DNA of 19,399 bases from Myxococcota bacterium. Its GTDB lineage: Bacteria > Myxococcota > UBA4151. The notes under the pieces were generated by a model. The model saw only the letters and a list, made by a program, of their open reading frames with translations, ran no database searches and was not told the origin of the DNA. This document shows, piece after piece, positions 1 through 7,439 of the stretch. Where the stretch lies: positions 1 through 19,399 of the forward strand of contig JBDQPD010000064.1 of the NCBI GenBank assembly GCA_040260805.1, given 5' to 3'. Made by a program: the position numbers and the translations under genes. The first letter of the stretch is position 1. The number at the start of each line of letters is the position of its first letter.

Positions 1-57
1 CTCTTCCAGTATCTGTTCTTCGGTGCCTACGGCTTTGGCTGGGGTGCTAAGAAATGA
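1..57 (+). CDS. Possible 3' end of a gene entering from the left edge (…LFQYLFFGAYGFGWGAKK*)
   Basis: Manual translation of frame 1 is open from base 1 to TGA at 55-57. The hydrophobic stretch ending in KK resembles a membrane-protein C-terminus and converges on the ORF ending at 89. Only 18 codons are visible. Confidence 0.4.
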   Translation, partial: LFQYLFFGAYGFGWGAKK

Positions 58-88
58 CGGCAGCTATCCCAGGCTCTAAAACCAGCCT

Positions 89-451
89 CTAAATGGCGTG
101 TTGGTGATGTGGGGGAGTGGCTTCAAAGGTCAGTTCAAAGTGAGACAGGCTCGTCTCCGCTTCGGCACCTAATCGCAGCCTCCTTGCCTTGCCCTTCTTC
201 AATAATGAGTGAGCGTGAGCACCCGTCCATTGTTTGCCTCTTGGGGTGGTGATGCCTTGGTCGTTGAGTGCCTTGGCGATCTCGGTCCATTTAAAGCCTT
301 CGGATCGCAGTTGATCCACCTGGGCAAAGAGGGATTTCTGTTTGGGCGTGTAGGGACCACACCAGAGCGATGAGGTCAGGGCTTCTAGTTGGAAACACAG
401 GAAGACCGACATTCTTTGGGCGGCAGGGATTTCGCACCCTAACGAGGGCAC
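89..451 (-). CDS. Small protein with a large-serine-recombinase 'Recombinase' DNA-binding-domain-like motif and no catalytic domain
   Basis: The segment LRSEGFKWTEIAKALNDQGITTPRGKQWTGAHAHSLL matches the G-x-s-x-x-x-IA-x-x-LN-x-x-G-x-x-T-x-x-G-x-x-W pattern of serine-integrase recombinase domains. No Y-x-R-x-S catalytic motif is present. The start is GTG 451 or ATG 412. Confidence 0.7.
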   Translation of the reverse strand: MPSLGCEIPAAQRMSVFLCFQLEALTSSLWCGPYTPKQKSLFAQVDQLRSEGFKWTEIAKALNDQGITTPRGKQWTGAHAHSLLKKGKARRLRLGAEAETSLSHFELTFEATPPHHQHAI

Positions 452-469
452 TCCGTCACGGTGGAGTAG
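452..469 (+). mobile_element. Putative attachment site (attR-like): duplicated 3' terminal 18 nt of glmS
   Basis: TCCGTCACGGTGGAGTAG encodes S-V-T-V-E-stop, the conserved GlmS C-terminus (…PRNLAKSVTVE*). The upstream frame reads stop-R-G-H, so this is not glmS itself. It abuts the recombinase-like ORF and has dyad symmetry (ACTCC…GGAGT; CCGT-C-ACGG). Confidence 0.65.
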
Positions 470-509
470 TTTCGTTGAGTTGCGAGTTGGCGAGCGCTAG
501 GCTTGGTGG

Positions 510-1415
510 TTAATCGGGGCAGGGGATCGCTTTGCCCGCTTCATCCCAGCACTTGCGGCCGATAAGCTGCGCGCCATGAACCCAAGTACTTTCGCTCGCT
601 CGTTTGCCGTTGGCGTAAAGACAGGTGCGAAGCGAGCGTTTGCGTTCACAGGTAATCGGGGTTTCTCCCATAAACATGGTGGCAACACCAACGGGCATAC
701 CGTCTCTGAATCTGCCGCCGCCGATTTGGCCTTTCGGTGACCAGAAGGTCCATTTTCCACGCCTTTTTATATTTTTTCTGACCTTACCTTGTTCTTTCTT
801 TTGCCCGTTGTCGTACCAAAAGGTGATGGACCCGCTGCCGTTCGTCCACTGATTGGTTCCTAGGCGTTTGCCCGCCTGACTCCAATGGGTCCGTTTGCCG
901 TGCTTTTGGCCGTCCTTGCACTCGCCTTCGGACTTTTTTTGCCCGTTGTCGTGCCAGCGGGTGATTTTGCCGTGCAACTTGCCGTCCTTGTACTCGCTTT
1001 GAGATTCCTTCTGACCGTTGTCGTGCCAAAAGGTGATGGCACCGCTTCCGTTCGCCCACTGATTGGTTCCGAGGTGTTTCCCCGCCTGACTCCAATAGGT
1101 CCATTTGCCGTGCCTCTTGTCGTCCTTGTACTCGCCTTCTAACTTCTTCTGACCGTTGTCGTGCCAGCGGGTGATTTTGCCGTGCCGTTTGCCGTGCTTG
1201 TAGGTGCCTTCTTCTTTCTTCTGACCATTCTTATGCCAGTAGGTCGCCATCCCGTGCTTCCAGCGACCCTGGTGGGTCAGATCCTCCCAGCAGATGAGCT
1301 TGTACCCTTTTGGTGGAGGGTCCCCTACAGCACGAGAGCCCTCGGGGCAGGCACCTTTTTGTCCTTTTGCTCCGAGCAGCAGCCCGCTCATCACAAAGAC
1401 CACCACAAAACGCAT
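510..1415 (-). CDS. Exported MORN-variant repeat protein (YwqK-like antitoxin-family annotation)
   Basis: Repeated HG-x-x-T-x-W-H-x-NGQKK-x-EG-x-YK-x-G units and an N-terminal hydrophobic signal (MRFVVVFVMSGLLLGA). ATG 1415 is preferred over TTG 1421 because a purine-rich TAGGGG lies upstream. Confidence 0.85.
   Translation of the reverse strand: MRFVVVFVMSGLLLGAKGQKGACPEGSRAVGDPPPKGYKLICWEDLTHQGRWKHGMATYWHKNGQKKEEGTYKHGKRHGKITRWHDNGQKKLEGEYKDDKRHGKWTYWSQAGKHLGTNQWANGSGAITFWHDNGQKESQSEYKDGKLHGKITRWHDNGQKKSEGECKDGQKHGKRTHWSQAGKRLGTNQWTNGSGSITFWYDNGQKKEQGKVRKNIKRRGKWTFWSPKGQIGGGRFRDGMPVGVATMFMGETPITCERKRSLRTCLYANGKRASESTWVHGAQLIGRKCWDEAGKAIPCPD
801..1185. repeat. Intragenic tandem duplication with a 210-nt (70-aa) period
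   Basis: 801-975 aligns without gaps to 1011-1185. For example GTGCCAGCGGGTGATTTTGCCGTGC occurs at 951 and 1161, and CCACTGATTGGTTCC at 846 and 1056. Confidence 0.9.
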
Positions 1416-1558
1416 CGCCAACCCCTAACAACACCTGATTATCGCCTGCTCGTCATTTAAAGAAGGGGCTTGGGATTTTAGTGAGCGGCGTTAAAGCTTG
1501 AGCAGTCTTGACGGCGTACTGCGCTTGAAGCCAGCGTCTAATCGTTCGTTTAGCTAGA

Positions 1559-2083
1559 ATGGATCTGATGCGAATTAAGTTGTCTCTTGTCTTAGGTACA
1601 CTCTTGACGGCAGCCCCTGCGGCGGCAGGACACGTCGATTTAACACCGGATGTAGAGCGATGGAGTTCCGTTGCGCTTAGAGTAAGTTATGACTGGGGCT
1701 TGGGTGGGGGTATCGGTGTCCATGCATCGCATTGGATTGATCCCATCGGTATAGGCATACCCATTATCGGCGCAACAGGTGGTGCCACTCGCTATCGCAA
1801 AGGCGTTCGATTCTATGGTGGCGTTCAAGCCGGGCTGATCGCAGGTGTCGGTTATGGCTTTTATAAACAGATCGGTCCTGACCGAAAGAATGGGTCCTAT
1901 TACGACCTTTGGAGCTTGCTGCCGATCGCATGGTTCGAAAGGACCATCGCTGAGTCGTTTACGGGTATCTCCTTTCGTCAGTATAGAGACGGTTTGCCGA
2001 TCAAGAAGACACCGGCTGATCTTTCACTCTTTATTATCCCCTCCAAAATTCTGGAGTGGCTTCCTGGGCAAGATCAGAAGTGA
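1559..2083 (+). CDS. Hypothetical exported protein, Gly/aromatic-rich, possibly an outer-membrane beta protein
   Basis: 174-aa ORF with a signal peptide (RIKLSLVLGTLLTAAPAAA) and amphipathic beta-like segments (LRVSYDWGLGGGIGVHA, VRFYGGVQAG). Alternative start at 1568. Confidence 0.7.
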   Translation: MDLMRIKLSLVLGTLLTAAPAAAGHVDLTPDVERWSSVALRVSYDWGLGGGIGVHASHWIDPIGIGIPIIGATGGATRYRKGVRFYGGVQAGLIAGVGYGFYKQIGPDRKNGSYYDLWSLLPIAWFERTIAESFTGISFRQYRDGLPIKKTPADLSLFIIPSKILEWLPGQDQK

Positions 2084-2261
2084 ATTCTTGAGTTATCGAA
2101 TCGTAGTGGTCGAAAAACCCTTGCTGCAGTTCTGACGCTGATGGATTCGAATATCGGTGAGCGACGACCTGTACTGGACTTCGAGTGAGTGACACGAAAA
2201 TTTTCTAGTGGGCTTGGGCATCCATGCCTTTCATTTGGATCACGACTAAAAGCGACAGAGA

Positions 2262-3470
2262 TTGAGTAAGCGCCGGATAATTATAGGGATGGTGTCTGTT
2301 GTGCTGGCGGTGGTGGCGCTGCTGGTGATCGATCAAGTTCGCCAGGCGGGCGCTTGGGCGTCGATCGATGACGAGCCGCCGCTGGAGGTGCAGCAGGTCG
2401 CGGCGCCAACGGATTCATGGTTCGCCCTCAAAGCGGTCATGGCCGCTGTCCCTGAGGAGCATCGAGACCGAATCGGAAAAGCGCTTAGGGAGAAGGATGT
2501 CTCTGAGGATCGACGGGCTTGGACCCTCGTTGCTGACCAGCTCAAGGCGCTCTCGCCTTTGATCGGGGCTGCCCCCGTCGTCTCGCCGACTAGGAAGCTC
2601 GGCAGCGAGGACAGTCAGGTCTCCTTGCTGCCGATCATCATGTTGGCGAAAGCTCAGCTCTTGCGTGGTTGGGAGCACTACGATGGCGGCGACATTCTAG
2701 CGGCTGTCGAGGACATGCTGCGCGTAGACCGCTTCGGTCAGCAGCTCATAAACGGCAGCCAGTCCCATTTGATGGGCATGGTAGGATACAGCCTCCAGGA
2801 CATGGCGATCGAGGCAATTCAGGAGGTGCTGTTTGTTGCGCATGAGCCCTCGATTCATGCGCTAGTCGCCGAGCGGCTCGCTCTGCAGACGCCGCAGGAT
2901 GGTCACTTCCGCAACGCGTTAAACCGTGAATGCGCTCACATCGACGCGCTGCTTATCGACCCGCTGAAGACGGCAGATATGGCGCTTCAAGAGGAGTGGC
3001 GCGCAAAGGGGCTTCCCGGAACCCTCTTCGATCAGGACGCCACGGTGGCGCAGCATCGTCAGTGGTGCCGCGCCGCGAACGACTGGCTGACGCTTGCACC
3101 GTCGCAGCGCGGGCAGCCACCAGCTTACCTCCCTCAAGGGCTCTCTGAGGTGCTGACGTACAACGTCATCGGTGTTCAGTACCTGAAAATAGTGTCCCAA
3201 GAGCGTTTTCTTAGCCATGTCGAAGAAGACCTGCTCGAGGGCGAGCTTCGGCGAGAGGTGCTTACACTGCTGACCGCCGCGCGCCGGTATGGATTTGCGC
3301 ACTCAGGGGACCTGCCTGCCCGAGCGGAGCTGCTCGTCCCTAACTACCTGAAGTCGGTGCCGCTCGACCCGTTCACGAGAGCGGCGCTACAAATCGAGTC
3401 TGAAGCGATCAAGGCTAGCCGTGGCGAGCAGGCGTGGATCACGCTCCCCACGGCGCCAAACCAGCCGTGA
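2262..3470 (+). CDS. Hypothetical N-terminally membrane-anchored, mostly helical protein
   Basis: 402-aa ORF; basic N-terminus followed by one TM segment. The C-terminal GDLP-x4-LLVPNYLKSVPLDPF recalls the G-x-L/YP…L…L-x-x-x-P-x-DP-W/F motif of GspG-like C-terminal regions. Confidence 0.8.
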   Translation: MSKRRIIIGMVSVVLAVVALLVIDQVRQAGAWASIDDEPPLEVQQVAAPTDSWFALKAVMAAVPEEHRDRIGKALREKDVSEDRRAWTLVADQLKALSPLIGAAPVVSPTRKLGSEDSQVSLLPIIMLAKAQLLRGWEHYDGGDILAAVEDMLRVDRFGQQLINGSQSHLMGMVGYSLQDMAIEAIQEVLFVAHEPSIHALVAERLALQTPQDGHFRNALNRECAHIDALLIDPLKTADMALQEEWRAKGLPGTLFDQDATVAQHRQWCRAANDWLTLAPSQRGQPPAYLPQGLSEVLTYNVIGVQYLKIVSQERFLSHVEEDLLEGELRREVLTLLTAARRYGFAHSGDLPARAELLVPNYLKSVPLDPFTRAALQIESEAIKASRGEQAWITLPTAPNQP

Positions 3471-3540
3471 GCGTATGCGCCCCATCGTTCGGGCGATAAC
3501 GCATTCAGCTGATCCCCCAAAGAGGACCTGAGGGAATTAA

Positions 3541-3595
3541 TTTTGGTCGTTTTGGCCTTTTTTTGGTTGTAATTAGTATAAAAAACGACTTTTGC
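3541..3595. promoter_or_regulatory. AT-rich promoter region with an inverted GTCGTTTT…AAAACGAC pair
   Basis: TGGTCGTTTT at 3544-3553 and AAAACGACT at 3582-3590 lie upstream of the 3627-5000 operon. Confidence 0.35.
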
Positions 3596-3626
3596 GGTTT
3601 AACTGCCAAGGCGGGAGGGTTGAACC

Positions 3627-3905
3627 ATGGTAAACTCGTTCATGACCATCTTGTTGTTGAGCGTAACCGCATTAGCGGCTGGTGCGTGCGCTCAGCCCGA
3701 GCAGTCGTCTGAATGCGCGCAGTACATTGAGTGCATACGCGCCCTCGACGAGCGCGAGGGCGTGACGACCGACGCCAAGCGCTTTGATCCCAGCGGGGCA
3801 TGTTGGGGTGGGCCAGAAGGCGCCGACCTGTGCACGCGGGCTTGCTTGGGCGGGATTGCCTATCTTCAGAAAGCCTACGCTGACCTTCCGGAGGTGTGCC
3901 AATGA
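3627..3905 (+). CDS. Small Cys-rich putative lipoprotein
   Basis: GGGAGG SD upstream, signal peptide ending LAAGA-C, six further Cys. Its TGA overlaps the next ATG (ATGA 3902-3905). Confidence 0.8.
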   Translation: MVNSFMTILLLSVTALAAGACAQPEQSSECAQYIECIRALDEREGVTTDAKRFDPSGACWGGPEGADLCTRACLGGIAYLQKAYADLPEVCQ

Positions 3906-4483
3906 CACGAAAGCTCCTATTCGGAACGCTCGTCGCCCTCATTTTAGTGCCGACCTCAAGCGACGCGCATCGACCGCAGACCTTTGACGCGGATGAGATC
4001 ATCACCGACCCAACGATCAGCTGGACCTTGCCGGGGACCTTCGAGACGGGCGCTGAGTTGTATGAGTTCGAACTCGAGTACGAAGCACCCTTCACGGCAC
4101 CCTTTGAGATCTTTTCGCCGACCTCCGGAGGAAACGCTGCCTTTCGACCGCGTTATGCGGTGATTGGTCCCGGATTTCCTGAACCGACCAACGATGTCCT
4201 TGAGCAACTCCCCGAAGGAGTCACTGTACCTGAGGGCTCAGGGGTCTTTCTCGAGCTTAACGATGCGCCCGAGCGGTATGTGTTCTTTGAAGGCGTGATG
4301 CGCCGAGTTCTAGTGAGCAGCGGTACGATTGCGCTGCGGCTCGCCGCTGGACAGCATAAGGTCGTGATCTGGGCTCCTGCACAGACGACCGGTCGGTTTA
4401 TGTTCGGGTTCGGTGTTGAAGAGAATTTTGAAGGCGGTGGCTTTGACGGTGTCTTCGAGAATTGGAGCGCTTTTGCTTACTAA
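3902..4483 (+). CDS. Hypothetical exported protein
   Basis: ATGA overlap supports a start at 3902. Signal peptide MTRKLLFGTLVALILVPTSSDA|H is followed by a beta-rich acidic domain. Confidence 0.8.
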   Translation: MTRKLLFGTLVALILVPTSSDAHRPQTFDADEIITDPTISWTLPGTFETGAELYEFELEYEAPFTAPFEIFSPTSGGNAAFRPRYAVIGPGFPEPTNDVLEQLPEGVTVPEGSGVFLELNDAPERYVFFEGVMRRVLVSSGTIALRLAAGQHKVVIWAPAQTTGRFMFGFGVEENFEGGGFDGVFENWSAFAY

Positions 4484-5000
4484 ATCTGCCTTCTTTTGCG
4501 TGTTTATCGCCGCCTCCGTCGGGCAAGCTAGCGATAATTTTCTTGGGATCGACAAGCGTCGGTTGACGGTGGGAGCCCCCCTCGAAGTCGACGTCGTCGG
4601 GTTCGCAGTTGGCGTCCACCCCGAGCTGCTCTGGCGGCCATTTTCGGAGGACTCTGGGTTGCGCCTTCGCGCAGCGAGCGCGCTGAAACTCGGTTCTGAG
4701 TACACACTTCTTGCCCCGGTCTCGCTCGGCGTACGTTGGCAGACCTCCTCTGTACGCCTCGTTCAAGCCGAGTTGGGTACCGGCTTGCAATGGAAAGCGT
4801 TCTTGGTTCCAGACTCCGGCGCGCATCAGCGAGTTGATTGGTACTGGGAGGCGGGATTGAGCGCTCGCATCGCCTCGGCGCACCGGGTCGGGCTGATGGC
4901 GGTTCCAGAGTTCGGGCTCGCCAACATCACTGCGGGTGGACTCAGCGGAACCTTTGGGCTTGGTTTGGCGCTGCGCGTCACCTGGAGCATGGCGCTTTAG
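4473..5000 (+). CDS. Hypothetical exported protein, likely a small outer-membrane beta-barrel
   Basis: GGAG at 4464-4467 precedes an in-frame TTG at 4473, giving the signal peptide MLTKSAFFCVFIAASVGQA. Alternating hydrophobic strands (VDWYWEAGLSARI, FGLGLALRVTW). The ORF track start at 4413 is probably too early. Confidence 0.7.
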   Translation: MLTKSAFFCVFIAASVGQASDNFLGIDKRRLTVGAPLEVDVVGFAVGVHPELLWRPFSEDSGLRLRAASALKLGSEYTLLAPVSLGVRWQTSSVRLVQAELGTGLQWKAFLVPDSGAHQRVDWYWEAGLSARIASAHRVGLMAVPEFGLANITAGGLSGTFGLGLALRVTWSMAL

Positions 5001-5004
5001 TAGA

Positions 5005-5120
5005 ACCCGTCGGGTGGTCGTATTGGTCGTTTATTGTTCGGTGTAGTCACTAAGTTTACCGTTTTTACTTGATAAACGCCTTTTTCTGCGTCATAAAATA
5101 AACGAAATGGTCGTTTTGAT
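5005..5120. promoter_or_regulatory. AT-rich promoter region with repeated TGGTCGT motifs
   Basis: TGGTCGT at 5015, 5024 and 5108. TCGTTTATT (5027-5035) is the reverse complement of AATAAACGA (5097-5105). Confidence 0.35.
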
Positions 5121-5150
5121 GTTTTGGCAGCTGACCACAAGGAGCTCGAA

Positions 5151-5342
5151 ATGTTCGGTCTAATCAAGTCGCTTTTGGTCTCAACCCCGCAGCAAAAGCT
5201 GATCAAAGTGCGCGACAAACAGTATGAAGTGGCGCTTAAGTTTCAGCGCAGCGGGAACCTGCGAGAGTACGCTCGAATCATCGGTGAGATCAGCGCGATC
5301 GACGCTAAAATCGCCGGTTATGACGAGCTCGAACAGGCTTAG
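5151..5342 (+). CDS. Small helical protein, DUF6435/Lacal_2735-like
   Basis: AAGGAG SD at 5139-5144 before ATG 5151. MFG…KL…A…QRSGNLREYA…I..I..KI matches my recollection of this family. Confidence 0.7.
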   Translation: MFGLIKSLLVSTPQQKLIKVRDKQYEVALKFQRSGNLREYARIIGEISAIDAKIAGYDELEQA

Positions 5343-5345
5343 CCA

Positions 5346-5891
5346 ATGGGTGATGTGATGCCCAAGTTATTGGCGGCGCTCGCTTGCTGTTGCGCGATAT
5401 CAGCGGTCGCTGCAGCTCAGACCGCGTCCGGCGTGTGCGATGAAGCGCAGGCGACCTGCGCCGACTCCGAGCCCGCCTCAGGTGGGTCTGTGCTCAAAAG
5501 CGTCGCCGACACCCCGCTACAGGTCTGCAGCACCAAGCCGATGACCGGTTGGTTTCGCGACGGGTATTGTCGAACGCAGAGCGCCGACAAAGGTCGCCAT
5601 GTGGTCTGCGCTGAGATGACTCAAGAATTTCTCGACTTTACGCGTCGACGCGGCAACGACTTATCGACCCCTCGAGGGCGTTTTGTTGGGCTCAGGCCCG
5701 GCGATCGTTGGTGCCTTTGTGCCCTGCGCTGGCGAGAGGCTCATGAGGCGGGCAAGGCGCCGCCCGTCGAGCTCGAAGCCACCGACGCATCAGCGCTGCG
5801 CTACACCTCCTACCCAAGCCTGCAGCGCGTCGCGACCGACCGCTGGCGCTTGGGCATTGCTCCTCTTCTCGAAACCACCCGCAGCCGATAA
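5346..5891 (+). CDS. DUF2237 family protein with an N-terminal signal-peptide-like extension
   Basis: Family motifs CSTKPMTGWFRDGYC, H-VVCA, FLDF…GNDLSTP, GL-x-PGDRWCLCA-x-RW and APPV-x-LEAT. Start is 5346 or 5358. Confidence 0.9.
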   Translation: MGDVMPKLLAALACCCAISAVAAAQTASGVCDEAQATCADSEPASGGSVLKSVADTPLQVCSTKPMTGWFRDGYCRTQSADKGRHVVCAEMTQEFLDFTRRRGNDLSTPRGRFVGLRPGDRWCLCALRWREAHEAGKAPPVELEATDASALRYTSYPSLQRVATDRWRLGIAPLLETTRSR

Positions 5892-5917
5892 CGTCGCAAC
5901 GCAAGGAGGCTAGGGCG

Positions 5918-6994
5918 ATGATGTTTCGAGCCGGGTTGTGCTTAGTCTTTATCGCTTTGGGCGCCATGATGGGCTGTGAGGCTAGTGAGACGCTCGAGCC
6001 GGACGCAGGTCAAAGCGCCGACGCTGGACCCGCCGCGCCGGTTGATCTCGACGGCGACGGCGTCATCGCCGCCGAGGACTGCAACGACCAAGACGCCGAG
6101 CTCGGCGCCCGAGCAAACGATGGTGACTGCGACGGCTATCTCGAAGCGATCGACTGCGATGACGCTGACCCCGGGTCCACGCATCGCGGTCAAGACGCCG
6201 ACTGCGATGGCTATGTACCCCCTGATGACTGCGACGACGACAACGCCGAAATTTACCCCGGCGCTGAGGAGGACTGGGAGGACGGTGTTGACCAAGACTG
6301 CGACGGCAACCACGACTCGGTCTGCGGTGACGGAAAACTCGGCAACATCGAGACCTGCGATGACGGCAACGTGCTCGATGCGGACGGCTGCTCGAGCGCC
6401 TGCGCGATCGAGCCTCAGTGCACGCAAGGGTGCCTGACTGACGTCGACTGCCCTGCGCCAGGAGCGCGCTGTATTGGCGTGCCCAGCGATCTGGACGCAG
6501 CGACCGGCCAGTGCGAGGACGTCAACGTCACGCTCGAGGGCATTGAGTCACCCTGCGACCTCGAGAACCCCTGCCCGCAGGGCTTGGTCTGTTTGGGCGC
6601 CTACGCCTGGGGTGAGGGCGGCTGGTGCGTTGCGGATTGGTTCGCCAAAACCTTCTACAGCCACGACATGGCGGCGCTGCCAGAAGACGGCAGCCGCACC
6701 ACCAGCTCAGTGGTCGCCTGCGGGCTCGCTACGGTTCCTGTGGACATCGTGGTTGAGCTGCACCTCAACCACCCGCGCCCCGAAGACCTCGTGGTCGAGC
6801 TCGAAGACCCGAACGGCGCGATCGGAACCGTGCTTGATCGCGAGGCGTGGCGACCTGGACCGATCGTCGCTCGTGTCGGCAGCGGCGATGATCAAGTCAA
6901 CGGTCGATGGACGCTGCACGTGCGCGACATGGTCAGCGGTGAGGCGGGGGTTTTGAAGGGCTGGTCGCTTTACCTCTTGAGCCGCTGGGACTGA
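5918..6994 (+). CDS. Lipoprotein with Asp/Cys-rich putative metal-binding (MopE-like) repeats, a myxobacterial Cys-rich repeat and a C-terminal proprotein-convertase P-domain
   Basis: AAGGAGG SD; lipobox MMG-C; D-x-DGDG…DC-x-D-x-D repeats and YPGA-x-E…DGVDQDCDG; CGDG…ETCDDGN…DGCS..C; P-domain motifs H…DLVVEL..P.G and NGRWTLHVRD…G.L.GWSL. Confidence 0.88.
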   Translation: MMFRAGLCLVFIALGAMMGCEASETLEPDAGQSADAGPAAPVDLDGDGVIAAEDCNDQDAELGARANDGDCDGYLEAIDCDDADPGSTHRGQDADCDGYVPPDDCDDDNAEIYPGAEEDWEDGVDQDCDGNHDSVCGDGKLGNIETCDDGNVLDADGCSSACAIEPQCTQGCLTDVDCPAPGARCIGVPSDLDAATGQCEDVNVTLEGIESPCDLENPCPQGLVCLGAYAWGEGGWCVADWFAKTFYSHDMAALPEDGSRTTSSVVACGLATVPVDIVVELHLNHPRPEDLVVELEDPNGAIGTVLDREAWRPGPIVARVGSGDDQVNGRWTLHVRDMVSGEAGVLKGWSLYLLSRWD

Positions 6995-7012
6995 TGAGGT
7001 CGGGGGGTCGCC

Positions 7013-7318
7013 ATGACTGAGCGCGTTTGCCCGCATTGCCAAGCCCTGTGCGCGCCGAACGCGTTCAAGTGCGGCTCGTGTAAGAAATTAATTCAAATTC
7101 GCTGGACTCGTCACCTGATCACTTCCGTGGTGGTGGCGCTCATGCCTGCCGCGTTCGTGTTTCGTTACTCGTGGAACTACGCTCAAGAGCTCAACAACCA
7201 ACACGTCGCAGCCGCCTCGATCGCTTACGGATTTTATGTCTTCATGATCTTTTTCGCCGCCACAGCGTGTTTCTTCTTGGGGACCGATTGGCTTCGAATT
7301 AACCGCCGAGACGACTAG
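7013..7318 (+). CDS. Small membrane protein with an N-terminal zinc-ribbon-like motif
   Basis: CPHC-x9-CGSC followed by two hydrophobic helices; G-rich SD upstream. Confidence 0.75.
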   Translation: MTERVCPHCQALCAPNAFKCGSCKKLIQIRWTRHLITSVVVALMPAAFVFRYSWNYAQELNNQHVAAASIAYGFYVFMIFFAATACFFLGTDWLRINRRDD

Positions 7319-7439
7319 TTGCAGGTGGGCTATTCTGAGCTTTTCGTTCAAGCCTTGGCTCGATAAAGAGCCGTCGTCTGGTGTCTTGTCGGTGCACTCA
7401 AACCGGCTCGATAAGCCCTCCGTCTCGAGGATTAAAATC

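Noticed and set aside
422..469. An intact glmS gene or a Tn7 end
   Set aside because: An in-frame stop lies four codons before SVTVE, and I saw no Tn7-type terminal repeats or tns genes.
801..1185. Diversity-generating retroelement TR/VR pair
   Set aside because: Mismatches are not confined to adenines on either strand, both copies are in frame in one gene, and no reverse transcriptase is present.
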